23,616 bases of DNA from IMG/VR virus record IMGVR_UViG_3300040957_000063; one strand, given 5' to 3'. The DNA is from an uncultured virus (IMG/VR IMGVR_UViG_3300040957_000063). Its lineage: Duplodnaviria > Heunggongvirae > Uroviricota > Caudoviricetes. The notes beneath the pieces are model-generated. The model did no database searches. It was not told where the DNA came from and worked only from the letters and a program-made list of their open reading frames with translations. Of the stretch, positions 7,391 through 15,850 are shown piece by piece. Position 1 is the first letter of the stretch. Every line of letters starts with the position of its first letter. The position numbers and the translations under genes were made by a program.

Positions 7391-8388
7391 TGCCAGAAAC
7401 AATAAAAAACATTAATGGAATCATTGGAGAACTTGCTGACAAAAAGGGAGAAACTTTAATTGAATTCTATAAAGATAACAGAAATAAAACATTTACGTCT
7501 ATAGACCCATTCAAAGCATTTGAGAAAGAACAGGGTCAGCTTAAACTAAAAACTGGAACACTCATTGATGATATGGTGGGTGGCGGATTTGAAGCTGGCG
7601 CATCTATGCTTCTTTATGGTGAATACGGTTCTGGCAAAACAGAAACTTGCTTCACAATGTCTGTTCTTTGTCCCGATGTCATAATCTATATAGATTGTGA
7701 AGGCTCATTTAAATGGTCCAGAATAAAAGAAATTTGCGACCAAAGAGGATTAGACTATAAAGTCGTATTCGAGAAAATTAAACTTTTCCAGCCAGCTAAT
7801 TGGATTGAACTTTTGATGGTTATGAACCAATTGCCATCGCCGTCAGACGTTGGAAAAATAGGTTTAATCATTATTGACTCATTGACAAAATTATTCCGTG
7901 GAATTGAATTCGCTGGCAGACAAGAACTTCAAGTGAAACAACCCCCTCTAAGAGAATTGATGTTACACTCACAAGAGGTTGCTAAAGTTTTCGAGTGCGT
8001 TGTAATATTCACTACTCAGATATACTCATCTCCAAACGCAAACTCATTTATGCCAGAATGGTCAACTTTCCATGCTGTAGGCGGCGCATCAATAGAACAC
8101 CAAGCCAGTTATGTTATGTTCCTAAGACGAGCACAGGGAAACGTTCGTATTGCACGACTAACAGATTCAGATTGGAAACCATTGTCAGAACGTCCATACA
8201 TCATAACTGCAAAAGGAATCGAAGACCTTCCAGATACAAAGACCGCTCAAGACCTCATAGAAAAGACGGAAAAATACGAAAAGAATCAATCAGAATCATT
8301 GCGAGACAAAAAAACAAGAGGAAAATCCGAAGAAGAACCTAAATCCGAAGAACCTCAAACAGAAGAACCACCGAAGGAAACTGCATAA
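7390..8388 (+). CDS. radA: RadA/Rad51-family recombinase
   Basis: KTG..IDDMVGGG, Walker A GEYGSGKT, IYIDCEGSF, Walker B LIIIDSLTKLFR, AVGG..IEH, RIARLTDS; short N-terminus and acidic C-terminal tail. Confidence 0.9.
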   Translation: MPETIKNINGIIGELADKKGETLIEFYKDNRNKTFTSIDPFKAFEKEQGQLKLKTGTLIDDMVGGGFEAGASMLLYGEYGSGKTETCFTMSVLCPDVIIYIDCEGSFKWSRIKEICDQRGLDYKVVFEKIKLFQPANWIELLMVMNQLPSPSDVGKIGLIIIDSLTKLFRGIEFAGRQELQVKQPPLRELMLHSQEVAKVFECVVIFTTQIYSSPNANSFMPEWSTFHAVGGASIEHQASYVMFLRRAQGNVRIARLTDSDWKPLSERPYIITAKGIEDLPDTKTAQDLIEKTEKYEKNQSESLRDKKTRGKSEEEPKSEEPQTEEPPKETA

Positions 8389-8389
8389 A

Positions 8390-8791
8390 ATGAACTTCAC
8401 CTATACCCCTCATATTGAAGCTATTCTTCGCGGCAGAGGAATGTTTAAAGACGGCTCACTTAGATGTTGTGCCGCCCATTGCATTTTCGAAGTCGGGGGT
8501 AAAGGTTTTGGAAGAGAAATAGTTGTTATGGGTACTGCAAAGTGCCCAGATTGCGGTTCTCCAATTGTTTACCCAGATGACTTAGAATTTCAGGAACAGA
8601 CACAAAAATCTATTCTTAAATGTCCAGTTTGTAAATCTCAAGTTTCTTTAGAAATAGTTATATGGACTCAAATTGTAGTTTCAAAGCATCACCGTGGCAA
8701 ACACTTTTATTTCCATATTGAATGCCGCGATGCAATGTATCAAGACGTAAAGGATGAAGATGATGACGGAACAGCCACAGAAACAGTTTAA
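8390..8791 (+). CDS. Zn-finger/Zn-ribbon protein
   Basis: CCAAHC, CPDC, CPVC and HIEC motifs; 133 aa. Confidence 0.65.
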   Translation: MNFTYTPHIEAILRGRGMFKDGSLRCCAAHCIFEVGGKGFGREIVVMGTAKCPDCGSPIVYPDDLEFQEQTQKSILKCPVCKSQVSLEIVIWTQIVVSKHHRGKHFYFHIECRDAMYQDVKDEDDDGTATETV

Positions 8792-8978
8792 GGAAGAAGA
8801 CGAGTTTTTTGAGGGAGAACGTGACGAGCGAACAAAACAACAATCAAGCCAAGAACTTCTCTGGCTTACAAAACGCCGAGATTGGCTCAGAAGTCTCACC
8901 CAAAAAGAACGAGACTATATCTCAATGTATGGTCTCGAAAGTTGGGAAAAAAGAACAGGTAGGAAAAGAGATGTCTAA
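8754..8978 (+). CDS. Hypothetical protein
   Basis: 74 aa ORF overlapping both neighbours; the true start may be ATG 8760 or 8763. Confidence 0.5.
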   Translation: MKMMTEQPQKQFKEEDEFFEGERDERTKQQSSQELLWLTKRRDWLRSLTQKERDYISMYGLESWEKRTGRKRDV

Positions 8979-9396
8979 ACCACAAAAAGGTTATAAAATC
9001 CGCTATGAAACTGCTCACGGCGGCGGAGTAGTTGTTACTTTACCATACGACCCACGTAAACATAAATGCGATGCTTGTGGAAAAAGCGTTGCGGCTGGCG
9101 AAATCAAGGTAACTGCATTTCATCATTGGTGGTACGCTTATCAGCCAAATACAGTTAGGGAAAACCCTATTCTGGCTCTTGAGAACACGAGCGAACTTTG
9201 CTTTGGATGCCATCAAGTTGCAGATGCTATTAGAGCATTAGTCTATGCAAACCCAAATAGGGTAGCTATGGTTGCCGAACAGCTTCGCGGCGAACCGAGA
9301 GAAAAGTTCATAAGGGTACTTGAGGAAGTAGCAAGAAGATTGAAAGAACAAAATATACCATTAGCAAAAAAAATACTTGAGATGTCTAAAAAATGA
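8971..9396 (+). CDS. HNH-like (His-Me finger) nuclease with Zn-binding CxxC pairs
   Basis: CDACG...FHHWWY...ENTSELCFGCH. ATG 8971 (MSKPQ) preferred over GTG 8809, which overlaps the previous gene. Confidence 0.6.
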   Translation: MSKPQKGYKIRYETAHGGGVVVTLPYDPRKHKCDACGKSVAAGEIKVTAFHHWWYAYQPNTVRENPILALENTSELCFGCHQVADAIRALVYANPNRVAMVAEQLRGEPREKFIRVLEEVARRLKEQNIPLAKKILEMSKK

Positions 9397-9887
9397 TAAA
9401 AACCTATTTAGCTGGACCTATTAATCATAAGAATCCAGCCTCTTTTGAGTACGCCAAAAAATGGCGCAAAACCGTAACCGAAATACTAAAAAAATGGAAT
9501 ATACAATGTCTTGACCCATTAGATAGGGTTGGCGGAGACAGTTTAGCTCCTGAATTACGTTGTAGCCTTAGAACCGCATCGCATACAGGAGACTTGAACA
9601 CGGTTCGTCAAATAGTGGGTGACATCATTATTCCGCCAGATTTGAAAATGGTTGAAGAATCAACATTCATCACCCTATATCTTCCGCTTAAAGATGACTA
9701 TGAAACTTGTGGTACATATGGAGAGGCAACATTAGCAAAGTATCTTAATATACCTATTTTCATAGTTACCGAAAGAGAAAATAATACTATTCCAGAATGG
9801 CTTACAGGCTGTTCAACCGCAATATTTAAATGTTGGGAAGACTATTACGTTCACGTAATGTTGAACTATCATATGGTGAAAATATAG
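9393..9887 (+). CDS. Nucleoside 2-deoxyribosyltransferase-like / nucleotide N-glycosidase (NDT/RCL superfamily)
   Basis: YLAGPI, CLDP, DLKMVEES and GTYGE motifs (putative catalytic Glu) in a flavodoxin-like pattern. Confidence 0.75.
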   Translation: MIKTYLAGPINHKNPASFEYAKKWRKTVTEILKKWNIQCLDPLDRVGGDSLAPELRCSLRTASHTGDLNTVRQIVGDIIIPPDLKMVEESTFITLYLPLKDDYETCGTYGEATLAKYLNIPIFIVTERENNTIPEWLTGCSTAIFKCWEDYYVHVMLNYHMVKI

Positions 9888-11024
9888 TTGGATAGGGACC
9901 ACGTAACTAAGGAAGAATTCCTTCTCGAATACTACGGGATGCTTTCCAGAGAATTAGGCAACCCCCCAGCCGAAGGTCGAAGACGATATTTCTCGGATAA
10001 CCCAAACGACATCTTTGAATGTATTCAATTTAGCATAAATAATAAGGTGCCAGCATTCATTAGCGTCCAACCCAGAGAATCTTTTGATAGGGTTCAGGGT
10101 ATAGAAAAACTGTTTTTTGACTTTGACTATGCAGACAAGCATTCGGTTAAGGAGTTAGAAGCCAGAATAAAAGACCCTAAGAAACGGGAAGCAATCTATG
10201 AAAAACGAAAGATAGATATGAAGTTCGAAGTGGAGTTTTTTCTCAATAAACTTCAGGGTAGAAGGATAGTTCCTCTCGTGGTAAAAACCCGAAAAGGATT
10301 CCACGTTTACATCTATCTCGACCAAGTTTACCCATTGTCGATTGATAATGAAGACTTACTTAAAGAAGTCTATTACCAACTTCAATACAACTTTATGCGG
10401 GACAAGAAAGGCGGTTACAAATACTTAGATAACTCAGTCATTGGCGATGTAAAAAGGATGTGCAGAATTCCAACTTCTGTTCACGAAGTAAGCGGTGAAG
10501 AATGCTTTGTCGTAGAGCGAATAGTTAACGGAAATGTAATTCCAGCTAAGTTCAGAGGAATAGACCATTTCAGGTTAAATGGTTTAAAAAGCTCAGATTG
10601 GTTACGTGCTATTGACTCGGCGTTCCGTGCAATAAAACGTAGAGAAGAAGTTGCTTTAAAAGAAGAAGCCGCACGTATAAAGGAAATGGAAGAACATAAA
10701 GGCGAACCAGAATATACCCCTGAGATTAGACCGTGTTTCAAACGGCGTATGGAAACTGGTGAAATGGGTCATCAAATGCGTCTTGCTCTTGAGCTTGAGG
10801 CATATTGGGCTGGTTATAAAACTAAAGAAGCTATGATGGAATTGTTCAAGTGTTTTCACGATTATGACGAACAAAAGACACGGGACCAAGTAGAATGGTT
10901 TTTCAGAAATAGGGTTCCAGACATAGACAAGAGCAAAAGATGGAAGCCTTATCGTTGTTCAACTCTTGAAGAACTTAACCTTTGTGATAAACTTCAATGT
11001 CCAAAATATAACCGAAGGAAATAA
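9888..11024 (+). CDS. Archaeo-eukaryotic primase: PriS catalytic domain fused to PriL C-terminal (Fe-S) domain
   Basis: AEP motifs LFFDFD, TRKGFHVY and GDVKRMCRIP; C-terminal RPCF...GHQMRLAL...YDEQKTRDQV...YRC...LC...CP with four Cys; TTG start. Confidence 0.85.
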   Translation: MDRDHVTKEEFLLEYYGMLSRELGNPPAEGRRRYFSDNPNDIFECIQFSINNKVPAFISVQPRESFDRVQGIEKLFFDFDYADKHSVKELEARIKDPKKREAIYEKRKIDMKFEVEFFLNKLQGRRIVPLVVKTRKGFHVYIYLDQVYPLSIDNEDLLKEVYYQLQYNFMRDKKGGYKYLDNSVIGDVKRMCRIPTSVHEVSGEECFVVERIVNGNVIPAKFRGIDHFRLNGLKSSDWLRAIDSAFRAIKRREEVALKEEAARIKEMEEHKGEPEYTPEIRPCFKRRMETGEMGHQMRLALELEAYWAGYKTKEAMMELFKCFHDYDEQKTRDQVEWFFRNRVPDIDKSKRWKPYRCSTLEELNLCDKLQCPKYNRRK

Positions 11025-11025
11025 A

Positions 11026-11148
11026 ATGAATAAAAACCAAAGAAAAAATAGACCAAGAAAAAAAGAAGTACCTCAGAAAACTTGGAACAATACGTTTGAA
11101 AACATAAAAAGGCAGTTTGAACATGGCGGCAGACAAGAAGAAAATTAA
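11026..11148 (+). CDS. Small basic hypothetical protein (40 aa)
   Basis: ATG 11026 directly after the primase stop; MNKNQRKNRPRKK... Confidence 0.35.
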   Translation: MNKNQRKNRPRKKEVPQKTWNNTFENIKRQFEHGGRQEEN

Positions 11149-11338
11149 TCGCCCAGCGAGAATTCCGCCACGCGATAAGCAATCACATGCTCAATATGTG
11201 TGGATTAAAGAGATGTTCGCTCGTCAAACAAGATTGGAAGGACGGATTGTAGATATGGAAAAAGAAATTTCTGATTTAAAAGAATCCGTAAAGTTTATTA
11301 AGGACGAGATAACTAAGATAGAACAGATAGGTGATTGA
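11123..11338 (+). CDS. Small coiled-coil protein
   Basis: Heptads LEGRIVDMEKEISDLKESVKFIKDEI. Confidence 0.55.
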   Translation: MAADKKKINRPARIPPRDKQSHAQYVWIKEMFARQTRLEGRIVDMEKEISDLKESVKFIKDEITKIEQIGD

Positions 11339-11822
11339 AACGCCAGAAACCAATTACAATATTAAAGATAGCGGCGAACGCCGAAGTTTTGGAACAGGAG
11401 CAGTTAGGGATTTGTCTTCAGGTAAAGGGCGGTTTGACCTTATTCCGTGGGCAGTAATTCGTGCTCTTGCAATCCACTATGAAAAAGGTTGCCTGAAATA
11501 CGGCGATAGAAATTGGGAAAAAGGAATTTCGGTTCACTCGTTTTTAGATTCTGGAATGCGACATACGGCAGATGTTATTGACGGACAAAATGATGAGAAC
11601 CATCTAATTGCTGGAATCTGGAATCTTTGTTGCGCGTATCAAACTATCCTTTGGATTCAAGAAGGAAGATTGCCACTCACATGTTTAAACGATAAACACG
11701 AAACTGTAGAACTATATGACCTTCCGAGAAAGATAACTCTTCCAGACCCCTATGGACGATATTCCTATGCAACTTGGGACGATGTGCTCAAAGTATTGAT
11801 GCCTAAGCCCCTAAAAATCTAA
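11331..11822 (+). CDS. dATP/dGTP diphosphohydrolase domain protein (DUF5664-like)
   Basis: KDSGERRSF.TGAVRD...GKGRFDLIP, HYEKG..KYGDRNWEKG, DS.MRH and ENHL motifs. Confidence 0.85.
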   Translation: MIETPETNYNIKDSGERRSFGTGAVRDLSSGKGRFDLIPWAVIRALAIHYEKGCLKYGDRNWEKGISVHSFLDSGMRHTADVIDGQNDENHLIAGIWNLCCAYQTILWIQEGRLPLTCLNDKHETVELYDLPRKITLPDPYGRYSYATWDDVLKVLMPKPLKI

Positions 11823-11840
11823 TTTTTTTCCTCTGTTTTT
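11823..11840 (+). terminator. Oligo-T terminator at the end of the replication operon
   Basis: TTTTTTTCCTCTGTTTTT immediately after the stop codon. Confidence 0.55.
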
Positions 11841-11860
11841 GACCCATTATTGACCCATTA
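11839..11860 (+). repeat. Tandem 11-bp direct repeat (TTGACCCATTA x2)
   Basis: Exact copies at 11839-11849 and 11850-11860. Confidence 0.8.
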
Positions 11861-11884
11861 TTATACATTTTTGGATTACAATCA

Positions 11885-11902
11885 CCATAACATTTAAATA
11901 GG
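11885..11902 (+). promoter_or_regulatory. BRE+TATA promoter of the portal gene
   Basis: CCATAACATTTAAATAGG; GTGAT RBS before ATG 11935. Confidence 0.75.
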
Positions 11903-11934
11903 CGGTTGCTTAATACTATTGTTGTAGTGATGCT

Positions 11935-14271
11935 ATGTCTGAAGATAAACCCAGAAAACCGCGTACACCAAAGCGTAAGCCAAAGAATTTCTCAGCCAAA
12001 GACTTAAATTCATATATTATAGATGAGGCTGGAAGAACAGGAAAAAGTAAAGAAGAAATCTTAGAGGAAACGTTCCATGATGGATTCGTTGTAGTCAGCG
12101 AATCGGCTGACGGTGCCTTTAAGGTTGAAGGCGGACAGCTTTTCAAAAACAAAGAAGATAAAGTTGATGACTTAACTGAATGCCGCCGATTGCGGGAACG
12201 GTTTGGTCCAATATCTGCTTGTGTCGAATACATCAAAGACGTTATTATGGGAAGCGGATTTGACGTTGTAGTTGACGATTTTCACGATGAACGTCAACGA
12301 AAAATACAGGGAGATGTTCTGGAATGGATGGATACGGTTTATCAAGACGTTTATACAGTTGGGCTAAATGCTTTACTTGACATTCTTGTTGATAATGCCA
12401 TTGTAGAAGGTTTCTCTGCCGCTGAAATGGTTTTTACAGGCGCAAAAGGTGACCTGTTTAGCAAATATGCTAAAGTAGTAACATCTTCAGTTGTTACTCA
12501 GGAAGGCGGAAGGCTACAAAAATCTGATACTACTTCTTATGAGATTTCAGACCCTAATTGGGAAGACCTAAAGGGAATAGCTCGTCTAAAAATCTTTTTG
12601 GACGCTCCAACACGACTTAGACTTTACAGAAAAGGCGCAACTTGGGAAGCTGATTATTGGGTTCTTGACCAACCTAACGTTGCTGGTGCTCAGGGTGGAA
12701 TGACATCTTCAACTCAAAAGAACCTTCAACAAGGTGCACCTATGCAAATGACAAGTGCCGACTTAGTAGCTTCAACTATGCCGAATGCAAGCACAAGCAA
12801 ACCTCAAACGGTTGCTAAACCATCTGCTTATTTCCTTCCGTGGCAGATATTCTCACTTTCACTTAACCGAAGAACTTGGTTAGAAAAAGGTCCAAGTTTA
12901 ATTCTTCCAGCAATGAAAACCGCACAATTACTTGAGAAAATTATGAATGCCGTTGGCGAAGGAATTTACCGAGCGGGAAACAAGAAATATTTCATTATTT
13001 GCGGAACAAAAGACCGTCCGTGGGGAGCAATACACATTAGAAACTTACTGTCACAAATTAAAGATGCATCCGAGAAAAACTGGTCCACAATTCCAGTTCC
13101 AGCGGGCTTTGACCTAAAAGAAGCTGGCGGACAAGTCTTTGAAGCTCAAAACGCTATAAACTATTTCCTAAGAATAATCGCTGGCATAATGCACGTTAAC
13201 CCGTCAGTTTTAGGCTTAGACACTCGTGAGGCAAGAAACGTAACCGAATACCCCTACTTTACTCATCTAAGAATGAAAGAGTCATTAAAGAACCAAGTTA
13301 GAACCCAACTTATTAGACTTCACATCTGGGCAAAATACGGCGAGAAACTAAGCAAACAAGGCGGATATGTTGACCCACAATGGATTCCACAACTTAGAGT
13401 AAAAACAGAAGATTTGCTTAATCCAGCAGACCGTTTGAATTTAGACATTGCTATTCTTAATGCGGCTAACCCTGTTATGCCACAGACTAAACTCGAAGTT
13501 GAACGTGACATCGTAATAACAAGAGGATGGGAAGTTGACCTTCCAACTCAAGAACAGTTTATGAAAGAACAAAATGAGCAAAAAGATAACCAAAAGAAAC
13601 AAGACGATGCAGATACAAAGTTGAAACTTGAACAATCTAAAGCATCACTTGAAGCATTGAAGAATCCACAAAAAACTCAACCACCAAATGGTGATGGCAG
13701 TAATCCAACTAATACCCCTGTTACACCACCTAATACTACAGAGACACCAAAAACTATGGGTCCACCTAATCCACCGAGCAATGCAAAACAACAAAAGAAA
13801 CTTCAGAATAGCACAAATAAGAAAGGCAAATCTCCGAAACAACCACCCAGAGGGACTACAAGAAAACCAGCGGAAATTCAAGAATCCGAAGAGGGTGAGG
13901 AAGTTGAAGAATCTTTGGAAGATGAACAAATTCAGGAACCTATACAGAATGAACCTCAGAAAGTTGATGTTAACATAAACGTAACAACCAAATCAGAACC
14001 AATAAAGACCGAGCCTATTGTCGTAAAAACCGAAAAACAAGAAGTTGAGGTTACTATAAAACAAGCCGAGCCAAAACCTCAAGAGCCTACTAAAATTGAG
14101 CTTAACATCAAAAACGAACCTCTGACAATAAAGACTGAAAAACAGGAAATAGAAGTTAAACTCAAGGAAGACCCAGAAAAGACCGCTGATGAAAAGGCAA
14201 TTCGTGAGCAGAAAAAGAAACTATTAGATGATATGTCAAAACAGGTAAAACAGGAAGTTGAGCAACAATGA
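11935..14271 (+). CDS. Portal protein with long low-complexity C-terminal extension
   Basis: 778 aa. ISACVEYIKDVIMGSGF, NAIVEGFSAAEMV, GPSLILPA...helix and IAGIMHVNPSVLG match the portal architecture; the last ~240 aa are Q/K/P/T/E-rich. Confidence 0.75.
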   Translation: MSEDKPRKPRTPKRKPKNFSAKDLNSYIIDEAGRTGKSKEEILEETFHDGFVVVSESADGAFKVEGGQLFKNKEDKVDDLTECRRLRERFGPISACVEYIKDVIMGSGFDVVVDDFHDERQRKIQGDVLEWMDTVYQDVYTVGLNALLDILVDNAIVEGFSAAEMVFTGAKGDLFSKYAKVVTSSVVTQEGGRLQKSDTTSYEISDPNWEDLKGIARLKIFLDAPTRLRLYRKGATWEADYWVLDQPNVAGAQGGMTSSTQKNLQQGAPMQMTSADLVASTMPNASTSKPQTVAKPSAYFLPWQIFSLSLNRRTWLEKGPSLILPAMKTAQLLEKIMNAVGEGIYRAGNKKYFIICGTKDRPWGAIHIRNLLSQIKDASEKNWSTIPVPAGFDLKEAGGQVFEAQNAINYFLRIIAGIMHVNPSVLGLDTREARNVTEYPYFTHLRMKESLKNQVRTQLIRLHIWAKYGEKLSKQGGYVDPQWIPQLRVKTEDLLNPADRLNLDIAILNAANPVMPQTKLEVERDIVITRGWEVDLPTQEQFMKEQNEQKDNQKKQDDADTKLKLEQSKASLEALKNPQKTQPPNGDGSNPTNTPVTPPNTTETPKTMGPPNPPSNAKQQKKLQNSTNKKGKSPKQPPRGTTRKPAEIQESEEGEEVEESLEDEQIQEPIQNEPQKVDVNINVTTKSEPIKTEPIVVKTEKQEVEVTIKQAEPKPQEPTKIELNIKNEPLTIKTEKQEIEVKLKEDPEKTADEKAIREQKKKLLDDMSKQVKQEVEQQ

Positions 14272-14654
14272 GCAACGAAGAAATAGACCAAATACGATTC
14301 TACGCTGACGCTGAATGCACTCAGCAAATTTCCACTATTGAGTGGAACAACTCTGTTAAAATAACTCTTGCGGACAAAACTACCAAAGTTATCCCGAATA
14401 CTGCTCTTGGCGGAGAAAATGCAGTTGCAATAGTTTGGGTTAGAAATGAGGGGCAATTTGACTACGGTATAACCAGAATATCATTTTCCGATAATCGAGT
14501 ACAAGTTATTCTCTCTTCTGCTTGGCTTTATCCTAAAGTTCCTGTTCAAGTAACACTTATCTTCATTGTGCCCCCTAACCCTACAAAAAATGATATAATG
14601 AAAGCTGGAAAAATCAATATCGAAGGATTCTATATCTACAAATCCCTTCAATAA
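14268..14654 (+). CDS. Hypothetical beta-sandwich (Ig-like) protein
   Basis: 128 aa, coupled to the portal gene (ATGA overlap); VWVRNEG and VQVTLIFIVP strands. Confidence 0.55.
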   Translation: MSNEEIDQIRFYADAECTQQISTIEWNNSVKITLADKTTKVIPNTALGGENAVAIVWVRNEGQFDYGITRISFSDNRVQVILSSAWLYPKVPVQVTLIFIVPPNPTKNDIMKAGKINIEGFYIYKSLQ

Positions 14655-14675
14655 TCCCTATTTACACTTTTTAAC

Positions 14676-14692
14676 CCATAACATTTATATAC
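14676..14692 (+). promoter_or_regulatory. BRE+TATA promoter of HNH gene 1
   Basis: CCATAACATTTATATAC. Confidence 0.7.
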
Positions 14693-14723
14693 TTGATTGT
14701 AATGTTATTTCTTGTGATATATA

Positions 14724-15155
14724 ATGGTATTCAAGTTCGAACACCCAGAAAACAGACATCAGAGATTTTATGCAAATCATAGAGAAGAGATTAAAATACA
14801 ACAAAAAGAGAGAAAACAAAATATGACAGAAGAACAACGAGAAGACAAACGAGAATATGAACGGACGTATTCTAAGACTGAAAAATTTAAACGTCATAGA
14901 CATTTATATTATCAAAAACTTGTTGAAAAATATAAAACCCAAGTATTTGAGAAGTTAGGTAACAAATGTGTTCGTTGTGGATTTTCTGATAATAGAGGAT
15001 TCCAAGTGGACCACATTAACGGCGGTGGGCATAAACAAAGAGGAATAATGAATGCTGTGAAGTTCTTTAAATATGTTTTAAATCATCTTGAAGAGTTTCA
15101 ACTTCTTTGCGCTAACTGCAATCAGATTAAACGAATAGAAAACAAAGAAAATTAA
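14724..15155 (+). CDS. HNH endonuclease (free-standing, homing-type) 1
   Basis: Basic helical N-terminus; CVRCG, QVDHINGGG and QLLCANCN motifs. Confidence 0.85.
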   Translation: MVFKFEHPENRHQRFYANHREEIKIQQKERKQNMTEEQREDKREYERTYSKTEKFKRHRHLYYQKLVEKYKTQVFEKLGNKCVRCGFSDNRGFQVDHINGGGHKQRGIMNAVKFFKYVLNHLEEFQLLCANCNQIKRIENKEN

Positions 15156-15171
15156 AAAGTGTTATATTTTA

Positions 15172-15188
15172 CCGAAAGATTTATATAC
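15172..15188 (+). promoter_or_regulatory. BRE+TATA promoter
   Basis: CCGAAAGATTTATATAC. Confidence 0.7.
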
Positions 15189-15224
15189 TTCTATTGGAAT
15201 TTTTAACATAGAAGGATTGAGAAT

Positions 15225-15848
15225 ATAGTAGCGACTGTCGTAATTCAAGAAGTAACAGGCTCAAGCGTTACATACCAAACCGTAACCAACAGAACAAGAT
15301 TAATGACGGTAGATGCATTCACGAACCAAACTACAGCACAGACATCCAATCCAGTTATTATTCCCGCCGCCGCTGGTCAAGGCTATGCAAGCGGAAACTA
15401 TAACTACAGTTTTTGGAAGAGCATTTGCTTAGACATTTCTGGTTCAGGATTCATCATATCAAACATAAACCACTATTCAAACGGCGACATTACTGGCACA
15501 TGGACTTTCGGTACTGGTGGTGCCCTCAATAGAGGAAGCATAACTGGTGCAAAAGGCTCAGTAGCACAAGGATGCCCAACAGCAAACTACGCGCAAGCAA
15601 CAGGAGTGGTCGGAACAAGCGGAGACCCAATCGACAATGCAACAGCGGGACACCCATACTATAAATCAAGCGGTGGTGTGGCAGATGTTAACAGCGACAC
15701 ATCAGGTTCATTAGCTCTAATCGATGCTGGTCCATATTCAGTTGCAAGCAAGTCGAATATGATTGTTTTGCAAGTTAAAGTTGGATACGATGGAACACAA
15801 GGAACACAAACCGCAAGAACCCTAACTTGGCAATATGACGAATCTTGA
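15225..15848 (+). CDS. Putative virion structural protein; probable ATA start
   Basis: The frame is open from 15207 with no ATG/GTG/TTG before 15303. ATA 15225 follows GGATTGA and gives (M)VATVVIQEVTG. G/T/S-rich, ends LTWQYDES. Confidence 0.6.
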   Translation: MVATVVIQEVTGSSVTYQTVTNRTRLMTVDAFTNQTTAQTSNPVIIPAAAGQGYASGNYNYSFWKSICLDISGSGFIISNINHYSNGDITGTWTFGTGGALNRGSITGAKGSVAQGCPTANYAQATGVVGTSGDPIDNATAGHPYYKSSGGVADVNSDTSGSLALIDAGPYSVASKSNMIVLQVKVGYDGTQGTQTARTLTWQYDES

Positions 15849-15850
15849 GA

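Noticed and set aside
8809..8970. N-terminal extension of the HNH-like ORF from GTG 8809
   Set aside because: Overlaps the 8754..8978 gene; ATG 8971 fits operon coupling better.
11331..11822. Complete 2-aminoadenine (Z-genome) pathway
   Set aside because: No PurZ or dedicated polymerase is visible; DUF5664 alone is insufficient.
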